DNA of 64,000 nucleotides from Octopus vulgaris (lineage: Eukaryota). The position numbers were made by a program, and so were the translations under genes. Position 1 is the stretch's first letter. The number at the start of each line of letters is the position of its first letter. The notes beneath the pieces are model-generated. The model worked only from the letters and a program-made list of their open reading frames with translations, was not told the origin of the DNA and made no database searches. This document shows positions 12,925 through 24,887 of the stretch, in pieces. Location of the stretch: positions 20,832,001 to 20,896,000 of the forward strand of contig OX597817.1 of NCBI GenBank assembly GCA_951406725.2. The letters run 5' to 3'.

Positions 12925-13769
12925 TATTTTAAAAAATATTCCTGACCTTTTTATACTGTTTTCTCTTTTTTGTGTATATTTCTCTGTATGCATACTTGTA
13001 AGATAAAATCTTTTGCTATTTAATCAACTAGTAAAAGATACATTCTTCAGTTTGAGAACGGATAACTGGAGTTGTTGAGCGTGAGGGATATCTGGTGTTG
13101 TTGAACGTGTTTTACTGCAGCGAATGTATTGTGCTTTAAAAATCTAATTCTCATCGTTGAAGTGTCCTGTGTTACCTGTTGTTGTTGCCAATTTTTGTTT
13201 TATTTATCTGCGTCATAGCAGTTCTGTTGCTTGTTCCCTTTTTCGAAGGGGTAAACTTTTTAGGATGGCCCATTTCATTAACAATTTATCCTCTTCTTCT
13301 TCTTCGTATGAAGGAAATGAAATTATCGCGGAGGCAATAGAGAGAAAAATATGTAAACCTGTTAACCAACAACTGGATACCGAAGCTAAAGTAATAAACA
13401 AAATTTCAATTTTGCTGCAGTCGCTAGCATTAACAAATAAGATGTATCTATTGGAAAGAACGAACTTGACAAATAGAAGGGCCTCCTTCGAAAAGCGGGA
13501 CACCACGTAAGAGTAAGCCTACCAGGAGAAGTAACATACACACTCAGAGGAGGACCGTGTTTTCAAAACTTATATTATAGAAAACAAAATATTGATATAC
13601 TCTCCAAGGAACCCATAGAAAAGTGTCTCCGGGCGATTTTCTTTTTCCATACCTGATCACAGTTTGGAGACTAGCGGAATTTTTGCTTCTGGATTACCTT
13701 ATCGCTATGAATAATTTCAACTCTTATTCTTGATATCGCTGAGTACTACATGCTGACATCCTATATAGT

Positions 13770-13897
13770 TTTCTACTGTTGGCACAAAGCCCAAACTTTT
13801 GGTGGAGGGGCCAATCAATTAGATCGACTTCAGTATGCAACAGTTCCTTAATTTATCGACCCCAAAAGAATAGAAGGCAAAATGAATCTCGGTGGGG
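13770..13897 (-). mobile_element. Old SINE family B-related fragment
   Basis: Central motif ttaatttatcgaccccaaaagaatagaaggcaaa. Confidence 0.65.
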
Positions 13898-13996
13898 ATG
13901 ACACTCTATATATCACTCTGAAGTTATCACCCGTATGTGTGTGTACGCAGAAGTGCAAATGTATGTCTGTATATATACGTATAAATGTCTAAATAT

Positions 13997-14544
13997 GTCA
14001 GGTCACTTTCGAGTGCTACTGGTAACATGTAACCTAGTACAACCTGTTGCATGGTCTGGTCGTCAGCGACTAAACCGGCAACCCTAGAAAGCTTGCTTGG
14101 AGAGGAGGGTGTTTATTGGACACCCTGCGGGATGAAAAACAAAACCCGTCAAAGGGCGGAGGAAATTCTGAGATTCAACGACCATCCAATAAATGTCTTA
14201 AGGCTGTATCATGCGCGGGGACATGGAAATAATCGGACTGAATACCCGATCGCGCGGTTAAACCATTGAGAGTGAAGGACTCCTAACCTTTGTTAGGGCA
14301 TCCTTCTAGGAGAAGGTAACTCTGGTAACTGGGATAACTCCGACTTAAAACCTGCGGCTCAGTGGTTACCGATGATGTTGACTTCTACTTTTCGGATTAT
14401 GGCTGCTGTTGCTTAGTGAGTGGGATTGACTCAGTGCACGGCCTTTCCTCACTTTAAAAAGTCTTCTTGCACAGGCATTGCACGATAACAACATTGATTA
14501 AGCATCGCGCAGTGGCCATACTCGATAACGAGGGGCCAGCCACC
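13997..14544 (+). mobile_element. 548-bp non-coding insertion with 14-bp TSD; RTE 5'UTR-like
   Basis: aaatgtctaaatat at 13983-13996 and 14545-14558; GC-richer than its flanks; ctaggagaaggtaactctg resembles an RTE 5'UTR motif (from memory). Confidence 0.7.
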
Positions 14545-15073
14545 AAATGTCTAAATATATATGTATTATGTTACGTGTATACATGTAAGCACCTATGTGT
14601 GTATGAGGATGAGGCTGCGTACATACATACATAGATATATACATGTGTTCGTGTGTGTGTGTGTGTGGATACGTGTGTATGTATGAGTACGTACATACAT
14701 ATATATTGTAAGAGTGTGTACGTATGTAAACGTTTTGAACGCAGGAGGTTCATGTGTATGTATTATGAGAATATGTTTGTGTGTATATTTATATATAAAT
14801 TTATTTTGTATACTATATATTTAAAAGTTTTTTCTTGTTTTCTTTTTCCAGGTATTACAGTTACTTCCCTTATATTCAACTATTTTTCGTAGCAGCTGCT
14901 GCCATTAATAACTGGCGAGAATGTATCGTATCTTTTCGCTCCGGCATTCGAATCTCCGAGTACTATAATAACAACAAACTTTTATTGTATGTCCTAATTT
15001 ATAGCATATATATATGTAATCCTCTATTTCTTTAATATCGAGGTCTCATTCCTTTGTACTCACATTTTATTAT

Positions 15074-15170
<97 letters not shown>

Positions 15171-15265
15171 CCGTGTGTTTATTTGTCAAACAATTAGCCC
15201 TCCCGAAATACAACAATATATACATTCATTGGAATATTTTTCGCTTCATCAATCCCTATCATATG

Positions 15266-15340
<75 letters not shown>

Positions 15341-16875
15341 CAGGAATGGATGAGCCTAAATATATTCGAATGAAGTTCGAAATATTGAATTTTATACTTT
15401 CTTGGTAAGAATAACTGTGAAATGATGAATGTGACAAATAAAATTAACTTTAAAAATGCGTATGTGATTTGTTTTTTCTACTCTTAATAAATTTTATTTC
15501 CAAAAGTCAGATGCAATCCTATCGGCAACAGCTTTGCCACCTAATCCATTTCAAATAAGTTAACTTATATAAGAACGTCTACGAGAATGTAATTAAATAC
15601 TGATTGTTTAGAAATGTTTTGCAACGCTAAAATAAAAGAAATCAATATTAGCGTCTATAACAAAGGATCTCAAAGGTATATCTACCACATCTAATTGTGT
15701 TTTCATGCAATATATTTGAAAATTTGAAACAGAATTTGCACATTATCCTGTTTCTACACATCTGCAATGACACTATTTGTTTTGAAATAGATAAATAAAT
15801 AAATACACTCATGATTTGTGACGTATGAATGCTACTGCAATGTTGATCATTACTGAATTAGATTGTCACGGAAACTAAAACCAAATAAGATGTATGTGAC
15901 TTTTTCTTCACCATTTATAGCAGCAAAGTTATCATTATGCGGTAATTCAGTTTCGTTAAGTTCTGTCCACGAAAATCTTTTTTGCATAGTTTTCAAATTT
16001 CTTTCGGCATTTCAAATAGTTTCCGAAGATATACATCTCTTACCTATACTCCAAACACTGGAATAATTTTCGATATCAAACAACTCTTCGTAAAATAACT
16101 ATTTCAAATTATTGCCCCAGTTAAAAAGAATAAACTAGATAGTCCTATACAAGTCGCGCATGCCGGGAATTTTAAGTGTAGTATGTATTATATCATCACA
16201 GTGTAAACAGGAACAAGATATCTTTATTTACCTACAGAAGATTCTTATACACATACATATATATATATATATATATAAACAATCTTAGAAACCTACGTGC
16301 TCGCTTACGGTTTTATATCGGATTTAATTGTGATTGTCATCTCATTCAGTTGTGTATAACCTGATGATTAAGCACTGGATTATTGGTTTGCATATACAGA
16401 TGCAGAGAGATCATTGATTGTAGAAGTAAAACACCAATCCAGATTCATACCTTTTATTTTGATCGTTTTGACTGGTACTACAGGGGTCGATTTGTCCGTC
16501 ATATCTTCAAAGACTTACAGGTAGAGGAAAATCCCACAATAAAGGAGTCGTTGCGATGACGTCCCCATTTTACGCATAGATGTTATTCTTTTTCACTACT
16601 GTTTCCATCTCGATTTCAATCATTATATTGGTTCTTTCAGCAACCAATGACCACAGAGTAGATGGCTGCTGTAGGATCTTCGGAAGCGATACGTGTCAGA
16701 AGGGTGCATTAGGTATCCGAGTAATCCTAGCTGATACTTGTACACGGTTGCTTAAATACCAAGGTTTTGGGTTTATTGATAACTCCTGTGCTTTTGTGGG
16801 CAAAATCTTATCTCTCCGTTAATATGAAATATCTTCTGTAGTATAGAGAGTCTTTGTTATTACGATGGGGCTACA

Positions 16876-17144
16876 TATATTCGTTCTTCAATCGTTTATT
16901 ACTGTTTATAGTGTAACTCATGTCCATTGTTCGAAACACTTTCATCACTCATCTGTGACCTCCTTAGTGACACTCTCGAGTGTGGACTTGCTCTGCCTAT
17001 TCCATTCTAGAACACACAGAGAAAGTGCACTTACAAAGACAGAAAGCGGTACTGAGGATGCCAGAGATGTGTAATGGAAGATTTCCGGACAATGGACATG
17101 TGTTAGAATGAGAACAGTAATAAACGAGTGAAGAAGGAATATAT
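16876..17144. repeat. ~95-bp imperfect inverted repeat
   Basis: atatattcgttcttcaatcgtttattactgtt..catgtccattgt versus acaatggacatg..aacagtaataaacgagtgaagaaggaatatat. Confidence 0.85.
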
Positions 17145-17375
17145 CGTCCGTGTGTTTATTTGGCAAATATATATATATATATTTATAATTATGAGTATAA
17201 TCATAATTAGTGTTCAGCAAAATTGGCTTCGCCACATACCGAACTTTAGAAATAGCAGCCAAAAGAACTTAGTATATCTTCTACTATAAGAAGATACTCC
17301 CAGACAATAAATACTCAAAACAACTGACGTAGGCAAAGAGGAAAATCGACGAAAATTCACTCGGCATTTGATTAC

Positions 17376-17456
17376 TTGTGGACGCGTTTCTGAGTTAGAT
17401 AGATACGAAAATGTAACACTCACATCTTCATTATAATCTTCTCTTCATCAGCACAA
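17376..17456 (-). ncRNA. Type I hammerhead ribozyme with extended stem II
   Basis: Minus strand: ttgtg CTGATGA a gag [agat..tgaagatgtga gtg ttacattttcg..atct] ctc a GAAA cgcgTC cacaa; 5-bp stem I; palindromic stem III acgcgt; GUC site. Confidence 0.8.
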
Positions 17457-17643
17457 CATTTCAAGACTTTTAAATTTGAGAGCACTGAAAAATTGAACAT
17501 ACCTATCTGATTCAAGTAACATCAGACAAACTATATCCAATGAGCAGTACCAACGAATTCAAAACATACGAATGAGGTCTCGCATTCCCCTCCCACACTC
17601 ATGTGTTATATATATATATATATATATACATATAAATAAATAC

Positions 17644-17677
<34 letters not shown>

Positions 17678-17678
<1 letters not shown>

Positions 17679-18090
17679 CAAGGAAAAATTGTAAAAATGC
17701 AGAATGCTCGATTGAAAGAAAATTTTAATGAAATGAGAAAATGAAAAAATATATAAATATATATTTATTCAAACCGGTTTTCGTCATAGTTTGACTTATC
17801 AAGAATAGTTAGGTGAAAAGGTTTTTTAAAAATGAGAAAGGGGAAAAAAGTTGCATTGTTTTTTGCAAAAGAATAATAGTAAATATGTATAAAAATTAAA
17901 AAATAAATAAATAAAAAATAAAAAATTAAAAATTAAAAACCGGTTTGAATAAATATATATTTATATATTTTTTCATTTTCTCATTTCATAAAAATTTTCT
18001 TTCAATCGAGCATTCTGCATTTTTACAATTTTTCCTTGCTTATCATTTCTCCACGTGCGGTCAACACAACCCCACCATTTATTGATCTCT
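17678..18090. mobile_element. Young fold-back pLTR-like element with 104-bp inverted arms, between (TA)n tracts
   Basis: 17678-17781 versus 17936-18039 with one mismatch seen; HHR overlaps the inner end of the left arm. Confidence 0.85.
17766..17807 (-). ncRNA. Minimal type I hammerhead ribozyme, U3-A8 variant
   Basis: Minus strand: tattc TTGATAA gtca aacta tgac GAAA accggtt T gaata; all three helices pair. Confidence 0.75.
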
Positions 18091-18097
18091 CTATATA

Positions 18098-18152
<55 letters not shown>

Positions 18153-18154
<2 letters not shown>

Positions 18155-18488
18155 AAGGCCCATGGCTCAGTGGTTAGAGCGTCGAGCTTACGATCGTGAG
18201 GTTGTGAGCTCGAATCCCGGACCGGGCTGCGTGTTGTGTTCTTGAGCCAGACACTTTATTTCACGTTGCTCCAGTTCACTCAGCTGTAGAAATGAGTTGC
18301 GACGTCACGGGTGCCAAGCTGTATCGGCCCTTGCCTTTCCCTTGGATAACACTGGTGGCGTGGAGAGGGAGGCCGGTATGCATGGGCGACTGCTGGTCTT
18401 CCATAAAACCACCTTGCCCAGACTTGTGACTAGGAGGGTAACTTTCTAGGTGCAATCCCATGGTCAGTGTCGTGACCGAAGGGGGTCC
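18153..18488 (+). mobile_element. tRNA-derived SINE family C
   Basis: A box tggctcagtggt, B box gctcgaatccc, then gtgttcttgagccagacactttatttcacgttgctccagttcactcagctgt. Confidence 0.85.
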
Positions 18489-18839
18489 CGGATCCCGGAT
18501 ATATATATGACATTATATGTTGCAAAACACGACTTCATTTCAGGAATCTTGCAACACAAATTCATAAACGTATATATACTATCCAAAATGTCTCAAAGTG
18601 TTCTTTTTACTTAAATGTCATAGATTTACATAATTCTTTTTTGCGGGAAGGAGGTTATAAAAATATGGGACAAGATGTATTATAATATTTGAGGGTTTGT
18701 TCGATATGGAATAGCACTATTTATACATATTTTATATGGAAATAATCATATTTAGGAATGTTGTCAAAAACCTTTTAGCGTCCACTTTTTGGTAACATTG
18801 CAATATATTTTCATTACAGTTTCCGAGATATAGCCGTCT

Positions 18840-19290
18840 GCTGAGCCATTGTAAAATGTAATGAAACGAAAAAAGAACGACAGAGCTCGGTCAGATCATC
18901 GAATATTGACTTCTAAATCATCAGAATCACTAGTCTTGGAAACAGGCTCCTGACAAAAAATAAAATCACCGTATAAATGAAGCTGTTGAATCTAACGTGC
19001 CTCCTACAACCGTGAGAAGACTTATTTCTGCTGGTGTAAACTGCCGTTGCGTCGTCAGGGAACCACGGTTTCGACCTGAGAATAAACATAAGCGACTCAT
19101 ATGGGCCACAAAACACCAAACCTGGACCGTTGAACAATGGAAACGAGTCCTCTGGACTGATGAATCAAAGTTTCAAATGTTTAGACCCCGGCTTAGAGTT
19201 TATTAGAAGCAAACAATTGGTGAACGGACGACTGCTGAGTTGTATAGTTCCAACTATAAAGCATGATGGAGGAAGTGTCATGATCTTGAT
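18840..19290 (+). pseudogene. Tc1-family transposase remnant
   Basis: TVRRLISAG..KRLIWATKHQTWTVEQWKRVLWTDESKF and, after a frameshift, PTIKHDGGSVMI. Confidence 0.85.
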
Positions 19291-22149
19291 TCCAACATCC
19301 ACAACATGTGTTTTGTTTACAAGCAGATGCATAATCTAGTGCATTAGTTTACCATGGATGCCAGTACGGGAATTTTAAGAAGAGGATATTACGGCCGACT
19401 CTGTCGATAGCTTTACTCACGTGAACACATAATATGTACGTGTATGTGTGTACCTATATATGTATTTGTATGCGTATGTGTGTAACTAGTCTTCGAATTA
19501 ATTATACAGCAGTAGTTTGTAAATCTAAAGAATGTATATTGATTTTATAAACCCCCAAAATTATTATAGAACTGAAGGCTTTCTTTCATCACAGAGGTAA
19601 TGTCTATTTAACTAAAACATGGCACTAAGGACTATATGAAATCATTCTTCCATTGTGCCTCTGAAGTCTACTTCCCGATCATATATTGTACAAGTCAATT
19701 TTCAATATTTTAAACATAAATATAATAGCAATAGTATCATGGACAGGTACGCAACAGCCGCGAGCAGCTCATACTTCCAGACCAACCAAGCAACATTACA
19801 GAAATAAAGAAACTGGTTGCCCATTAATCTCTTTACCACATCTACATGTTTTTGAGTAAGTCTTATGCACATTGTTTCTTTGTTGCTCTGTTGACTTTCC
19901 ACTATGTCACGAAACCATTGTATTTGCAAACACGTTACATGGAATATAATTCTTATCCATTACTTTCTATTTCTTCTCTCTTCATTCTTTCTGTATTTTC
20001 TTTTGAATGAAACCCACATACGTTTCTTCGTTCACCATTAAGGTAGTTGAATAATTTTATATATTTGTCCTTGTTTTGTCAGTTTATATTCAACATACCT
20101 ACCTATATGCCTAAAACACACACCTTATCCCACTTACAGATTCTATCTAATTCACACTCACAGGCCGTTTATAGCAGGATTAAAGGCCGCACAACGAAAA
20201 CAGAAGTCATATATACACTGCCATTAAGTGCAAAGTACCATAACCAAATTGAAATAGCGCGGAGTAAGAGAAGCTTATTATTTAGCTTTTGTTTGGCAGA
20301 TTTATAATATGTAGGTATGTTATTTTCTGTTAGTCTTTGATAATTCTCTTGATTGTTAAATTCTTTGGCTCTCCGAGAACGAAATCATGTCTGCCTATAC
20401 TCTTTCTCTCTGACGTAAACTGTGAAAGGAAAATGCTACTAAGTTCGCACCACTTCCATCACAAATGGAAACATTAAATGAGGAACTTCAGTATTTTGAG
20501 ATCTCGTCACATCATTACGAACAAACGCAGTGAAATAATGATGGAGCGTCAGGAAATAAAATATGCAAGATTCCTCCGCGTTGGAATTCAGTTGCAATTT
20601 GAAGCTGTACAATATGTATCCTGTTCTCTTAACTTCTGACCCATAACTTTCATTGTAATTAGGTACATGTTATGATAAGGTGCTGAATTATATTTTGTTC
20701 CATGGATGAGGTATGAGAAATATTTGAATATTTAAAGAGTAATTCTCAATGACGTTTCATACTCGTTTTGTAACTGATAGTTTTAGTGATTATTAGATAC
20801 GGAAGCTATAAGGATGGAGAAAGGGAATTATATTACAATAGATCCAGAAAACTAGAAACTTTGAAATAATGAGCGATCGAAGTAACAGTAGGAAATCCAT
20901 TCGATGAAACAGGTTTTGACTGAAGGTGGTTATGATGGTGTAAACAGATTGATGTTTGCGGGTGATATCATGAAGATATTCAAAATGTCAAATTGATTTA
21001 TTGGTGGAGTAGCAAGATAGAATGAACCGTGCCACCAACACGATTATATTTCAAGGGGGTTTGAGCTATGCGTCTACGCGAATACGTTACGGAATTCCTC
21101 TCCGTAAATAGTGTATATATATACATACACATATGTGCGTGTGCATCTGTGTATCTTTATATTACATATATGTCTTAAATATGCATGAAAGAAAAGCTGT
21201 TCATATGGTTTCTTATATGCGTGTGTGTGTTTGTATATGTATGTGTGACATGTATGCGTATATGTATATACATATACACATATATTTATGTATGAATACA
21301 TGTATGTATCTATGTATATATATGTGCATATACACACAAATATATGTGCGTGCACGCGCGTGTGTAGAGAGAAACACAGAGAGAGAAAGAGAGAGAGAGA
21401 AATGGAAAGAGACACACAGAGGAGCAATCAGAGAAGTGCAGAGGTAGAGAATAAAGAGAACAAAGAGAACAAAGAGAAATAATTCTAAATAAATTAATTG
21501 ATTTACTGACTGACATATATAGGCACATATTTACATGAGGCTGCAGATAAATCGGTCAATGAAGACACATAACAAAAATGAACAAACACTCAGGCGAAAG
21601 ACAGGTATGAATTCCGTTGGGTTATGGAAACAGCTATATAAATTGAATGTTACGAAGACGCATGAGTATACAAAACACACACACATACATATACATACAC
21701 ATAAAAACACGCAGGCGCATTCAGAATCTCTTTGACATACTGGCGTGTCAATATCGATTGGACTTTATCGTAAGATTCTCTCACCTTCTCCTTTGTGTGA
21801 GACCTCCACTGACGCTAAACAACATTCAAACTACTGCAGAATGTGGTGACACTTTGGAGCAATCAAGTATTTATATGTCATTATGTTTAATGAGGTTTTA
21901 TTCGTTTCTCAAATCAACCAGCCCGCTACATTGAGTTATGCATTTAGCATAGTTTTGTTGAATTATGGAAAATAATTGGACTAGAAATGACTTCTACTGT
22001 TATTTGTACACGACCAAGTAAAGCGTGCACTAGAAACAGTATAGGAAAACTGTAGTACTAATAACATCATCTGATGCAGAGGTACATAGCTCTTATTTTT
22101 TTCTTCCGCGATAAGGTTGTATTTTCTCTGCCGAATATTTCTAATTTAA

Positions 22150-23520
22150 AGCTGGTATAAACAGACACCAGGTACTTATTTTTCACATTCTGGTAGCCTA
22201 GGGTAAGAATGAATCAAAAGTGTTATATAGTTTACCAGGTAGTGAGATGAGGGACATAGAGAAAAGCGATAGGCAGAAGAGAGACACCTAAGAATATTCG
22301 GCAGTTTATTTTCATTTTGCTTGATTGCATTATTCATTTACTTTCGTTTCATAAAAGGGACATTTTCAATCTTCTTACACCACATCGGAAAAATTTAGAG
22401 ATTGCTGGAAAAATCTTATATATTTCTTATATATTTCAACGGCTTTCCACGCCTTTCGATATTATCTTATGAGGAACCTTTTTCGAAAGTGTCAAGGTAA
22501 TCAATCAAAGCAGTATCTAAATTGTTATAGTTTGTACAATGTTTTTAGCAATGTTTTTTGGTCATTACATCTCTAGGTGTTCTGTTTACATCATTTTGGT
22601 CCCCGTTGAATTTTGATGCTTTCTTCAAACAAATTATACATTTTATCGAAAAATATTGAAGTCAGAATTTTTGTATATAATGGCAAGGCATTTAATAGAC
22701 CAGTAGTTCCTCGGCATTTTGTTTTCTCGTGCTTTTACCAAGCAGTACGTTGAATTTTCTGTCCACCATTTCGGGAATTCCTCAGGTTTTGCTAGAATAT
22801 ATTACATTTCCCTGTTAGTATCTTGTGCATTCCTCTAAGTGTAGGCACCGATTGGGAATTTTATATATTCTTTGAGATTCCATATGTGCAGTTGCTAAGG
22901 GCCTGTGTTAGCTCTGCCAATTTAACCTGTAGCTTTCGTTTACGTCTTCCTTTCATTTTCACTATTGAGTATTTTGCTTCCTTGTATATTCTTTTCTATT
23001 ATTCAACTTCATTTTATTAAGTGAAACCTTTATTCTTATTCGTTTTTATATTAACCATTTTTCTATTAAATATCTTTTTGTTTGTTTAAAAAAGCCTGTT
23101 CTGTCTATAGAAATAATTTACTTCCTTTTTTCATATCGTCTAATCCATTGTGCTTTTATTTATAAGTGTTGTTTGAGGGATTTTTTTTCTGGTAGGGAAA
23201 CTTTGTTCATCTGTTGTTATATACTTTCTTTTAACTTTTCTTTCTTTTCTAGTTTTGACGTTTATTCCCACGAAAGATCGACAGTAATCGAAAATTATCC
23301 TCTCAGATAATAAACTTCGTTTTCACCTCCCACTTGGGGTGTTTGTCGACATGTCTGTTCTCACTTTCCTGTTCTTTATTTGAAATGTTATTGTTCAAAG
23401 ACTTCACCGTTGTTTATACAATATTATTGATGATTGTTAGATCATTTTAGCTTTGTTCAGTTCTTCATCGCATTGTACACTATGCACTAAACATGCATGC
23501 ATTTTTCTTATGTTCCTCAA
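22150..23520 (-). mobile_element. Decayed R4/Dong-like (RLE) non-LTR retrotransposon RT region
   Basis: Frameshifted minus-strand remnants NYWSIKCLAIIYK / ILTSIFFDKMY / RCNDQ / LIDYLDTFEKVPH match RT N-terminal motifs. Confidence 0.6.
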
Positions 23521-23709
23521 GAATTGAAATGTATTCTTCCTTATTTTCATTGCGATAGTAGCATCTGATCTCAGTTGCTCATTGATAGATTATTATCATT
23601 ATTGTTATTACTATTAGTATTAACGCGTTGAAGGCAGTGATCTGGCAGAAGCGTTAGCACACTGGGCAACATGCTTAAGATACAATAGGTATCATAAGTA
23701 TCATAAATA

Positions 23710-24040
23710 CGATAGGCATCATAAATGCTATGAAAATGACAGATTCCAAGTCCTCTTTCCTGATTGGTTCACCGCGCAAGTGGATAGTCAAAATAAATAA
23801 CTAGACAAATTCCTTTAACTTTTCTAAAAAAAAATATTAAAAAATTATGGAGGATCCCACATGCAAAAAAAAATATGTCCATTTTGGTCCATTTACGCGG
23901 GATTTCTGGGGAAAATGTTATAATGCATGACCATCCTTGGGACGTAAGTGATATGTGTGTAAATCTTGGAGAAAAAAATCGGTTACGAATTGTGTAAATG
24001 TATACGTTAGCATTTTTACACACACTGTGATTTATATATA
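23710..24040 (+). mobile_element. Possible non-autonomous Helitron/Helentron-type element
   Basis: 3' part gtgtgtaaatcttggagaaaaaaatcggtt..acacacactgtgatttatatata resembles HINE/DINE-like ends; pattern recognition only. Confidence 0.3.
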
Positions 24041-24057
24041 TATATATATATATATAT

Positions 24058-24106
24058 GCTTCCTGAAGATTTCTCTTGAATGAAACAGTTCTAGTCCTGT
24101 AGAAGC
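24058..24106 (+). ncRNA. Type I hammerhead ribozyme
   Basis: gcttc CTGAAGA t ttc tctt gaa t GAAA cag ttctagtc ctgTA gaagc; 5-bp stem I, 4-bp stem III acag/ctgt, GUA site. Confidence 0.8.
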
Positions 24107-24122
24107 TCCTTCTATATAATAA

Positions 24123-24153
<31 letters not shown>

Positions 24154-24496
24154 TATTATATTACGATTCATCAACAACTGTGCATCGGTACTTCATCTGA
24201 TTGATTGCTCTTAATTACTGGGTTTAATAACTCTAACGGGTAATCTCTAAACTTTCATTAACCAAAACGTAAACCATTTTTTAAAATGTATGAAAAATTG
24301 AACTATACATAAGTATATATGCCACACACGAAACATGTGTTGGTTCTGTGTTTCTTTTCGTGTCTGTGTATATGCGTGCGCGTGCGTGCGTCTGTACGTT
24401 CGTGTGTTAGTGTGCGCGTGTGTGTGTGTGTATAACTTGAAGATGTGCTCTGTAATTTTGTATGATGCAATAATTGTTGTTAATGACAACATTATA

Positions 24497-24887
24497 ATGG
24501 GTTCAAATTTTGTCACAATGGCCAGCAATTTGAACGTGGGGTAAATTGATTGCATCGTCTTCAGTGCTTGACTGGCTCTCATTTTATCAACCCTGAAAGG
24601 ATGAAAGACAAAGTGTACCTCGGCGGAATTTGTACTCACAACATAACGATAGACGCAAAGCATTTTCCGCGCATGCTAACGGTTCTGCCAGCTCGGCCAC
24701 CATACGGATAAACTAGTGGTAATAATAATCCTTTCCGCTATAGGCTTAAGGCCTAAAAGTTTGTGTAATGGGGATCATTGAATACATCAATCCCAGTGTT
24801 CAATTGGTACTTATTTTAACACCCCGAAAGGATGACAGGCACAGTCAACCTCAGCGGAAATTCGACTCAGAACGTAAAGACGGACAA
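24497..24887 (-). mobile_element. Two adjacent old SINE family B-related copies
   Basis: Central-domain and B-box remnants at about 24580-24640 and 24800-24875. Confidence 0.7.

Noticed and set aside
12960-13760. ORFs 13157-13510 and 13213-13506
   Set aside because: No recognisable domain; possibly decayed retroelement sequence but not assignable by eye.
17045-17240. CTGAGGA with tgcca..tggca pairing as a very long HHR
   Set aside because: No GAAA after the helix and no NUH site before the candidate stem I.
19735-19861. Possible plus-strand exon ending in gtaagt
   Set aside because: Weak acceptor, no recognisable peptide and no linked exons.
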